Virus record (IMG/VR): IMGVR_UViG_3300006638_000001
Coordinates: 1-45,520 of that record
Direction: 5' to 3' (one strand)
From: a virus
DNA: 45,520 nt
Under the pieces are notes generated by a model, which saw only the letters and a program-made list of their open reading frames with translations, was not told the origin of the DNA and did no database searches. Every line of letters starts with the position of its first letter. Within the stretch, counting starts at the first letter, position 1. Both the position numbers and the translations under genes were made by a program. Shown in pieces: positions 25,044-32,354 of the stretch.

Positions 25044-28000
25044 CTACACAAAGGCAGCACGGTTGTGATACGTGCCTTCCCAATCAAGCCCCGAGAGTCT
25101 GAATCCATCGGAAGTATTATTCCCGATTGACACCACCACCTCAGTATTGACAGCCATGACGGGAATGCGGAAGTTGCCGTCTGCCTGAGTTGCACTGGCG
25201 AACGGGTAAGTTGTAGTGGCTCCTCCCGTAGGAGTGACACTAGCAGTGAGTGCTCTGGACTCGTGATACCTAGCGGTCAGGTATCTAATAATGAGACGGC
25301 CCGCCGTGGTGGGGCTGATATTCCCCCACCGTGAGTACCGACGCATGTACATCGGAGACAAATCAATGCGTGACGGATACACGATCCCTGTATACGCACC
25401 AGCGGTCCCTTGGCGAGCGTCCAGGTACTCACCTACTGTGTCAGCCGCTTGGACTACCAGACTAATCTGCTCTATGTACACGCCAGTCGAGCGGCGCACC
25501 ACAAGTGCGAGCACACCGTCCAGCACATCCATAGCAAGGATGTGGCAGTCAGTATCGAATACCCACTTCCCCCACGCTTCCTGGATTTTGCTCTGGTTCT
25601 CAAATGCGAAGTGCTGGACGTACAGAACATTGTCTGCTGCGTCCGTCCTCACTGCCAATAATCCAAGTGCCGAATCCCCAGCCATCTGTATTGGGTTGCC
25701 TTGGATGTACGTAGGGATGTTACGTGTAGTCTCCTCTGCGTCCGGTGTCCCGGTCACGTTGACTACTGCGTACTCAAATACTTGGGTAGCCGATCCACGA
25801 GTGCGTGCAAACAAGATGTGCTTGCCTGCCACCAATGGTGGGCACTTGGCCGCATTAGTGAACTGTGACAATGGCAAGATGCCCACCGTCTGAGGACTCA
25901 ATGCCGGCGCACCTTGCACTTCATACTGTCCTTCATCGGACCAGAGGAGCAGTGAGCCACCCCACTGCACCGCACTATGAAAGCGCGAGAGCATCTGGTT
26001 GGCACTCTGTACGTCGATCACGTCATCCGGGAGGACTTGTGTGACGGTCTGCCGGAAGAAGTTGAGACTGTCAGACGACATGGACGCAATGAAGTTCTGT
26101 CCTGCTGTGAAGCACAGCCGGTTCTTGTTGAAGAATATGGACTGTATCGTCTGTCCAACGAATGACGGATTGGCGTTGCTCACCAAGTCGCCTACTGTAC
26201 GCCCTTTCCAGAGCGCCACATCGAACGTGAAGTTGACACCTGCACCAACTACACGGCACAGGTCGCCCTTGGTGAATACGTTGTTGACTCCACCTGTGAG
26301 TCCAGCAGACACCACAATCTCTGTGGCAGTGTTGCTGGTGATCGTGCCAGAGCAACCATCGCTCAAGTTCTCTACGATCTTCCCAACCAGTGAACCAGTT
26401 ACAAGGCTCAGGTCTGAGTTGTATAGCGTGTGGGTAGTGTCAAAGCTCAGAGCACACGTAACCACTGGCACGGACGTAGCCGCGGTGAACAGGATCACGC
26501 CTGCACTTGGCGTCGTTGTGGTGTACGCCGAGCCAACGAATAGGGCCGAGATAGCCGTAGCTATAGCAGCACCAGCAGCGTCAGCCGTCAGCAGGTACGT
26601 CTCAGTGGCCGGCACAATTATCCCGCCGCCATCAGCCGTGACCTCAAACGTAGTCCCTGCTGGGTACGTCACGTCCACGTCTAGCGTGAGCTGCGTCCCG
26701 CTGAGCACTGATATCTCAAGTGGCTGGTGCCCAATCTGTCCGAGCACATGGAGACGCATTTCGCAGACGTGATACTTGTCTGGAGTTGCACCTGCCGCGT
26801 ACATCAGTCGGATGTAGAAGCATGTATTGATTGGCCATGACCCAACGGCGGATAGCACCTCATCGTACTGCATGAGTCCCGCCTGATACGTCTTGGCCGA
26901 CACGCGCGTGCATGTAGAGCTGTCAAATGCAGGGATGACCGTGTGAGCAGCATTGCTGGCCCACAGCTCCACCGTAGCATTTGATCCGGCTGCCAGTGCT
27001 GTCGTGTCTGCATCGAAGTACGCATTGACCGTAGCTGGTGCACCGTTGAGTACAGCCAGCGTGGCCGCTGCCCACTCAGCTTGATCGTTGAGTGAGTATG
27101 ACCATGCAGGATTGAACGTCTCGTTGCCGGTCGTCCATCCTTCAAGCTGGAGTGTCCCGTTGGCAGCAGATGCTATGACAGGTCCGGCTGGAAGTCCAAC
27201 CGCAGTAACACCGTCCAGCAGTGCTCCATCCAGTGACAGCAGGTGCGGCATGGTAGTGGCGTCCAGGTCCGTGAGGATGTCTGGGGCTACTGTCTCGCGC
27301 CACACGCCGGCCAGGTTAGGAGCGCCGTTGTCATCGTAGACGACGTAGTAGTTGTCAAACTGGTTGGTTGGATCGCCTGTGATTTCCACCACGACGCCCT
27401 TCTTGGCGCGCTCTGGTAGATCATCGAATCTCTGGACGGACCCTTTGATCGCAAGGATCGCTTGGTCAGCCAGACCATCACTAGCAGAGATAGCGAAGTC
27501 GCTACCGTCCGTCTTGACGATATATAATGAAGAACCGTACTGCGTGACCGCGAATCCAGTCAGCTCCGGGTTGGCTGCAATCTGACCTGCCAGCTCGGAC
27601 GCAATGTAGTTTGTGCTGATAAGCCCGCGGTCATGTGGCGTCGAACCGTCAGGCGTGTTGATACCTATAGTAGTGCTGTCGAGCGTGATGTTGTACAGCG
27701 TGGCAAAGTCAGCCTGCCGTATCGACACCAGCGCTTCATTGAGAGATGGCTTGGACTTGGTGGAGTTCCCTTTCACCACGACGGTGCGGTTGACGATGTA
27801 CGTCTTGTCACCAATCGTCACAGCCCGGAAGTCATTCTCTGGATCGGATGCAGTGAGGTAGTCTGTACCCCCTGGTGTATCCACAGTTATGCTGGCGCCA
27901 GTAACCGCGTCATGCACGGTGATGGCCCCATTCACGATGACAGCCCGGTAGCGATCCGCTGCGTCACGATTGACCGTGTGCAAGAATGCCGAGCCTGTTC

Positions 28001-28175
28001 CGCCAGATGCTCCCACAGAAGCTAAGCGCACTGACGGTGGGCGTTTCATCACCCCGAATGTGGGGTGGGACAACATGTTGATTTGCTCGGCTACCTCTGA
28101 TGGTGAGCGCAAAGCCGGAGCCAACTGCGACACACCATTGAGGAGATTCGGAATACTCTGTGAAATCAGTCCCAT
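25044..28175 (-). CDS. Tail tubular protein B (T7 gp12-like)
   Basis: 1043 aa. N-terminus MGLISQSIPNLLNGVSQLAPALR compares with T7 gp12 MALISQSIKNLKGGISQQPDILR. Confidence 0.88.
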   Translation of the reverse strand: MGLISQSIPNLLNGVSQLAPALRSPSEVAEQINMLSHPTFGVMKRPPSVRLASVGASGGTGSAFLHTVNRDAADRYRAVIVNGAITVHDAVTGASITVDTPGGTDYLTASDPENDFRAVTIGDKTYIVNRTVVVKGNSTKSKPSLNEALVSIRQADFATLYNITLDSTTIGINTPDGSTPHDRGLISTNYIASELAGQIAANPELTGFAVTQYGSSLYIVKTDGSDFAISASDGLADQAILAIKGSVQRFDDLPERAKKGVVVEITGDPTNQFDNYYVVYDDNGAPNLAGVWRETVAPDILTDLDATTMPHLLSLDGALLDGVTAVGLPAGPVIASAANGTLQLEGWTTGNETFNPAWSYSLNDQAEWAAATLAVLNGAPATVNAYFDADTTALAAGSNATVELWASNAAHTVIPAFDSSTCTRVSAKTYQAGLMQYDEVLSAVGSWPINTCFYIRLMYAAGATPDKYHVCEMRLHVLGQIGHQPLEISVLSGTQLTLDVDVTYPAGTTFEVTADGGGIIVPATETYLLTADAAGAAIATAISALFVGSAYTTTTPSAGVILFTAATSVPVVTCALSFDTTHTLYNSDLSLVTGSLVGKIVENLSDGCSGTITSNTATEIVVSAGLTGGVNNVFTKGDLCRVVGAGVNFTFDVALWKGRTVGDLVSNANPSFVGQTIQSIFFNKNRLCFTAGQNFIASMSSDSLNFFRQTVTQVLPDDVIDVQSANQMLSRFHSAVQWGGSLLLWSDEGQYEVQGAPALSPQTVGILPLSQFTNAAKCPPLVAGKHILFARTRGSATQVFEYAVVNVTGTPDAEETTRNIPTYIQGNPIQMAGDSALGLLAVRTDAADNVLYVQHFAFENQSKIQEAWGKWVFDTDCHILAMDVLDGVLALVVRRSTGVYIEQISLVVQAADTVGEYLDARQGTAGAYTGIVYPSRIDLSPMYMRRYSRWGNISPTTAGRLIIRYLTARYHESRALTASVTPTGGATTTYPFASATQADGNFRIPVMAVNTEVVVSIGNNTSDGFRLSGLDWEGTYHNRAAFV

Positions 28176-28181
28176 AATGCG

Positions 28182-28949
28182 CTATGCTCCGGGACCGACG
28201 TTGCTGCGTGGATCAAGGATGCCCGTGAGATAGCGTGTGCGATTACCAAGCATGGAAGCTGTGTCCATGTTGTAATCAAATATGTTGCAGTGGTCGTCCT
28301 CGTTGCCATGCTCACGCTTCAATACCCGGAGAGCGTACAGCTCATCCTTCTCAGTGAACGCAGATAGCTCTTGTGCCCCAACTACCTGCTGTGTCAACTG
28401 TCGTGCAGCGCGAATTGCGATGTATCGACGGGCAGACTCAGGCAGCGAATTGAAGTCGAAGAACCAAACGGGGTCAATGTACAGGACCGGATACAGTGTT
28501 GAGTCCAGGCCGTCTCTGTTGTTGGCACGGTCATAGAACACGAGTGGGTATGTAGCTACTGAGAGCTTGCGGGGGGGACGGACAACTACGTCAACCCAGC
28601 GCGTTCCAATCTGTACGACATCACGTGCTACACGGAAGCGGGCCAGGTTGGTGGGTGGAATGAATACATTGAGGGCTAGGTCTGGGCTTCCATCACGGAG
28701 AGTCCATGCCATAGGGGAAGGCGGGTTGACTGGCTCCAGCTCATACCCGAACTCCATGTTGAAGCGCCACCCCATTGAAAGGGTTTCGCGAGTTGTGTTG
28801 CGAAGGATGTTGATAGCCATGACCAAATCCGCCGCAGTAGGCGAGTCAACTTGTGCTTGCAGAACAGGTGATTCACCTATGGCTGAAAGCATCGTGTTCA
28901 CGGCCTCTAGCTCTGTGGTCGGGACGATGCCCGTAAGAAGTGGTGGCAT
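28182..28949 (-). CDS. Tail tubular protein A (T7 gp11-like)
   Basis: 255 aa. ELEAVNTMLSAIGESPV / GWRFNME / RRYIAIRAARQL compare with T7 gp11 ELSAVNDILASIGEPPV / GWTFNIE / RYWIVTKASRQF. Confidence 0.88.
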   Translation of the reverse strand: MPPLLTGIVPTTELEAVNTMLSAIGESPVLQAQVDSPTAADLVMAINILRNTTRETLSMGWRFNMEFGYELEPVNPPSPMAWTLRDGSPDLALNVFIPPTNLARFRVARDVVQIGTRWVDVVVRPPRKLSVATYPLVFYDRANNRDGLDSTLYPVLYIDPVWFFDFNSLPESARRYIAIRAARQLTQQVVGAQELSAFTEKDELYALRVLKREHGNEDDHCNIFDYNMDTASMLGNRTRYLTGILDPRSNVGPGA

Positions 28950-28976
28950 TTATACCTAGTTTATTTGTGGGTAATT

Positions 28977-29023
28977 GCAAAAAAGCCGGGAGCAGAGGAG
29001 GTTGAGTCCATTGCTCCCGGCTT
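28977..29023 (-). terminator. Rho-independent terminator after the major capsid gene (T-phi-like position)
   Basis: Minus strand AAGCCGGGAGCA-17 nt-UGCUCCCGGCUU followed by UUUUUGC (with the stem-closing UU, a run of about six U). Confidence 0.8.
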
Positions 29024-29164
29024 GGTCATGCGGGTACTAAGGTGCTTGTAAGAAGGCTGACCTCGGTGCTGACGCGAGCTACGCCATACTTTGCGTAGAA
29101 GATACGAACTGTGCCCATGTTGCAGGGTCAGTATAACTATCAGCCTACAGACTACATTGTGCGA

Positions 29165-29959
29165 CTACGCGGTCTTGATTTCGACAGCCGCTTCTGGGCG
29201 CAGAATGCCGTGACCAACAGCGTACTTGCTCACGATGAGCGTACCCTGACGGCGAACGTCGTATGCGCTTTCAGTTGCAAGGTCGAGCAGCTTCACGGTG
29301 CCAACCGCGCTCTTGTGAGCAACGATTGCAACAGTCGTGGAGAAGTCACCCTGATACGCGGCAAGGCCAGTCGTGACATTGGTGCTCGGAATGTTGAGCG
29401 CCTTCACAACCGGGATACCACCAATGAGCATAATCTTGCCCGTGGCGATACCAGATTCCTGACCCGTGTTATACGCAAAGTCGCGGTTGGTGAGCTTGTC
29501 TGCGTTGAACAGGTTCCAGTACTGAGCGGGACGCAAGAAGATGGTGCGATCCTGCTCTGGGATGCTGTTCTCATCGAAGCGCTGAGCTGCCGCGAGAATG
29601 GACGCAACGAGGGAGTTGGCGCCAGCAGTCGTAGTGGTTGCAGCAGTTGCGTTCGTGATGACATACCCTGCTGGCAGGCCCGTGACGGTAGCAGCAGCAC
29701 GCGCGGCCAGAACGAACTGGGTAGCTACGTTGATGTCATACTGCTTCGCCAGAGCAAAGCCGAGCTGCTTGGTGTACTCGCCACGAACGTCGAAGTGTGA
29801 CATCGCCTGGTCGAGATTGTCGAGGAACGTGGAGGCGAGAAGCAGACCATCAATGCTAATCGTCTTTTCGGCCCCGTCGATTACATCGCCTGTAATCTCT
29901 ACGCCAGCCGTGTGATATGCAGCAACAGTGCGGCCAGTGGCTGGGAACTGTACGGTCTT
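29165..29959 (-). CDS. Major capsid protein, exon 2 (264 aa; T7 gp10-like)
   Basis: KTVQFPATGRTVAAY..EKTISIDGLL..AMSHFDVRGEYTKQLG..HKSAVGTVKL..SKYAVGHGILRPEAA is colinear with T7 gp10 KSAQFPVLGRTQAAY..ITIDGLL..AMNHYDVRSEYTSQLG..HRSAVGTVKL..AKYAMGHGGLRPEAA. The ATG at 29960..29962 in the track is assigned to the end of the insert. Confidence 0.85.
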   Translation of the reverse strand, partial: KTVQFPATGRTVAAYHTAGVEITGDVIDGAEKTISIDGLLLASTFLDNLDQAMSHFDVRGEYTKQLGFALAKQYDINVATQFVLAARAAATVTGLPAGYVITNATAATTTTAGANSLVASILAAAQRFDENSIPEQDRTIFLRPAQYWNLFNADKLTNRDFAYNTGQESGIATGKIMLIGGIPVVKALNIPSTNVTTGLAAYQGDFSTTVAIVAHKSAVGTVKLLDLATESAYDVRRQGTLIVSKYAVGHGILRPEAAVEIKTA

Positions 29960-30533
29960 CATTTGTGTTATAGATGCGCGCTGTACGCACCCGCTCTACG
30001 TTGCCGCAGAGATCAGACTATATCTTCCCTAGATACGCAATGGCGTTTGAAAGTCGCTTTGGTGAATCCTTAAAGAAGCCTAAGCCAGCGTTGCAGTTGC
30101 CGCACAGCAAGCCACGAACACGCTTGGTACGGTGGCAGTGGTCCACAGCGAAGCGTGTATATCGCTTGCTGTCGAGTTGCCGTTCACAAATGCCACACTT
30201 GCCCTGTTGCTCCTCAAAGAGTGCTTGGTATTCTGCTTCTGTTACTCCCAAGTCACGTTCCCGCTGACGTAGGATGATGCAGTCCTTACACTCTCTCCGT
30301 GTTAGCCCGCTTTCCGAGCGCACGTAGAAGTGATCCAAAGGCTTCGCGGTCATACACACGCGACATACTTTCTCTAGTGTTTCCTGTTTCGAGTCCGCTT
30401 GGACCCTACTCGCTTTCGCGATAGTCGTTGAACCTTCCCCGGTAATACTCTCGGGGCTTGGCTGCTGATTGGCCACTAGGGCTGTTCCAGCAATTAAGGA
30501 AATGTTTTTAGCGAAAGGCAAGAGGACTTACCA
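29960..30533 (-). mobile_element. Putative group I intron (574 nt) with a homing endonuclease ORF, interrupting the major capsid gene
   Basis: It separates two in-frame halves of a gp10 homologue with no residue lost. The 5' exon ends in U and the insert ends in G. P1 (GAAUGGU/GCCUUUC) and P10 (AAGA/UCUU) pairings are available. GNRA hairpins at 30410..30421 and 29994..30011. Confidence 0.7.
30018..30521 (-). CDS. Endonuclease VII-family (HNH-type) homing endonuclease ORF inside the insert
   Basis: C-terminal block GKCGICERQL..FAVDHCHRTKRVRGLLCGNCNAGLGFF..AIAYL matches the recalled T4 endo VII-type motif (DH.H....RGLLC..CN). Upstream zinc motif CRVC..CKDC. The true start is uncertain (the track start is TTG, and the 5' part may be ribozyme). 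Confidence 0.75.
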   Translation of the reverse strand: MPFAKNISLIAGTALVANQQPSPESITGEGSTTIAKASRVQADSKQETLEKVCRVCMTAKPLDHFYVRSESGLTRRECKDCIILRQRERDLGVTEAEYQALFEEQQGKCGICERQLDSKRYTRFAVDHCHRTKRVRGLLCGNCNAGLGFFKDSPKRLSNAIAYLGKI

Positions 30534-30689
30534 ACCATTCGCAATAGTGCGCTCCATGGCTTTGCCAAGGAATGCGGTTGCCTGCTCGAAAGCAGTCAAT
30601 ACCTCGCCGCTCCATATTTTAAGGAAGAGCGCGAGTGTGTCGCCGGAGCCATTGATTTGCCCAGCGAAGGATGGCGTTGCATTTGCCAT
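30534..30689 (-). CDS. Major capsid protein, exon 1 (52 aa)
   Basis: Not in the ORF track. ATG at 30689 encodes MANATPSFAGQINGSGDTLALFLKIWSGEVLTAFEQATAFLGKAMERTIANG. Compare T7 gp10 GDKLALFLKVFGGEVLTAF..MVRSISSG. Confidence 0.8.
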
Positions 30690-30867
30690 AGTGTGTTACT
30701 TCTTTTGTTGAAGGAGGAAACTGTGAGTGAACAACGGTTTCGACTTCCGCTCAACTGACTTTCACGCGCGCCTTGTCGGTCGCAACCGGGACGTGGCTAC
30801 TACGTAAGTGTTGTGGTGTGTCGGGTACTACAAGCGCATCACAATGTGATCGGCATGGTGACGTGCA

Positions 30868-30939
30868 ACAGACAGGGATGGCTACGATCCACCGACCTCC
30901 ACGTTTTCACCGTGGCGCTCTACCTCTGAGCTACCTGTC
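30868..30939 (-). tRNA. tRNA-Phe (anticodon GAA) with an unusual T-loop
   Basis: 72 nt: AGACAGG UA GCUC AGAGGUA GAGC G CCACG GUGAAAA CGUGG AGGUC GGUGG AUCGUAG CCAUC CCUGUCU G. The acceptor, D and anticodon stems are perfect. The T-loop has A54/U58 instead of T54/A58. No CCA is encoded. Confidence 0.7.
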
Positions 30940-31038
30940 TAAATGGGCCAGCACACACGGCGCGAAGGAGAGAGGAACGCGCCCACTGATACTTGTCTTA
31001 CGGGCCTCGTGGGGCATGTGTGTGCTAGCTGTACTGAT

Positions 31039-31482
31039 TTACTTCTTCTTACTGTCGAGCACCGCAGATACTATTGGTGCAGTAATTTTCTCGGCTGAAC
31101 GTCCAGCGATATAGCCCCCGATGCCGAGCTTAAGGAGCTGCCACATGTCAGGTGGAATAACGAGCGACTTGAGTGAGAACAGGGGAGCTACCACGTAGTC
31201 TTGAAAGATGATATACGTGAATACCAACATGAGCACCGGGCGCCAATTGCGCGCCATCCAGCTCTGCGAATCTGCTTCACTCTTGATTACTTCTGCTTGC
31301 GACTGTGCGAATGATATGTCCGCAGCCATCGCTTCTTTCTGATAGTTCGCTTCAAGCTCCAGCAACGCCTGCTGTGCTGCTAGCTTCTGCTCTGGTGACG
31401 CAACGAATTGATTTATGAGTCCTGTAACACCACCAACGAGCGACTTCCCTGGCCCCATAAGGAGCGAAAGTATTGAGCCCAT
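31039..31482 (-). CDS. Membrane protein, holin-like (recalled similarity to the 3-TM GTA-type holin family)
   Basis: 147 aa. Gly-rich N-terminus MGSILSLLMGPGKSLVGGVTGLINQF and hydrophobic segments WRPVLMLVFTYIIF / LLKLGIGGYIAG. Confidence 0.45.
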   Translation of the reverse strand: MGSILSLLMGPGKSLVGGVTGLINQFVASPEQKLAAQQALLELEANYQKEAMAADISFAQSQAEVIKSEADSQSWMARNWRPVLMLVFTYIIFQDYVVAPLFSLKSLVIPPDMWQLLKLGIGGYIAGRSAEKITAPIVSAVLDSKKK

Positions 31483-31487
31483 GTGGA

Positions 31488-32330
31488 TTACTTGGTGTTG
31501 GCTACACGCTTCGCAACCGCAGCGTTATACGCTGGGTCTTTCGCATAGCGTGGGTCAGACATGGCTTTCACCATCTCCGCATTGCTCTTGAATCCTGGAT
31601 ACTCTGACTCGGCTGCTGCTGTGACTGCTGCTGTGATAGGAGACACCGGTGGTGATCCATTAGCTGCTTTGTACTGCGACACGACGCCAGCAAGGGCCAT
31701 CTTCACGATGCCTTTGTTGCCAGTCTGAATCGCCGCATCGTACGCCACTTGGTCATCCGCTGACAGATTCGCTTTCGCCCATTCAATCACGGACTTGAGT
31801 GCGTCGTCCCCACCAGCCACAGCGGCAATCTCTGCGTGTGTCTGTGCAGCAATAGCTACCTGTCCGTCCACGTATGACTTCACTTGGTCAGCCGTGAGGC
31901 CGGCGTCAGCGAGAGACTTCATGGACGTATCAGACAGCTTGCCAGTCTGTGCGAACTCGGTACTCATGGCCGTGATATCTAACTTGGCCGCGGTAGCGAC
32001 TGCTAGAACATCGGCGGGAACTACCGGAGCTGGTATGACGGCGACGGGAGGAGCGACCGTCTTTCCGTCTGTGGTGGAAGCAGACCCTAGCTTCTTCTCC
32101 AGCTCACCGTATGACTTCGCCATGTCCTCTGGCGTCTTGAACTTGTCAGGAAGCCACGCCGGCCTTGCAGGTTCGGCTGCCGGAGCAGCGGGGGTGGCAA
32201 GGGCCGGGTCCGTGGCTTCCTTTGGGATTACTTGTACTCCACCATTCACCGTGTCAACGATGTTGGCGGCAGGCACCGGAGTCGGATCAACTTTGACATC
32301 TGGCGTTATCTGATATGATGCAAATGACAT
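31488..32330 (-). CDS. Scaffolding protein (T7 gp9-like by position and composition)
   Basis: 280 aa, Ala/Pro/Asp-rich and low complexity, located between the portal and capsid genes. Confidence 0.7.
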   Translation of the reverse strand: MSFASYQITPDVKVDPTPVPAANIVDTVNGGVQVIPKEATDPALATPAAPAAEPARPAWLPDKFKTPEDMAKSYGELEKKLGSASTTDGKTVAPPVAVIPAPVVPADVLAVATAAKLDITAMSTEFAQTGKLSDTSMKSLADAGLTADQVKSYVDGQVAIAAQTHAEIAAVAGGDDALKSVIEWAKANLSADDQVAYDAAIQTGNKGIVKMALAGVVSQYKAANGSPPVSPITAAVTAAAESEYPGFKSNAEMVKAMSDPRYAKDPAYNAAVAKRVANTK

Positions 32331-32354
32331 TCTGGTCTGGTTGTTATGGAACCG

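Noticed and set aside
28709-28733. Promoter-like sequence CCATAGGGGAAGGCGGGTTGACTGG inside the tail tube A gene, and partial cores at 40019..40043, 30421..30440 and 38409..38430
   Set aside because: They match only the GGAAGG/CCTTCC core, with an extra base or the wrong flanks. They lie inside coding sequence and some are in the wrong orientation. This is not distinguishable from chance.
29960-30533. An intein, or a simple two-gene split, as the explanation for the interrupted capsid gene
   Set aside because: The intein explanation fails because exon 1 runs into an in-frame TAA two codons after the junction, and the insert ORF has Endo VII/HNH motifs, not intein splicing blocks. A stable two-polypeptide split cannot be excluded. 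It is less likely given the residue-exact junction, the U|...G| boundaries and the P1/P10 complementarity.
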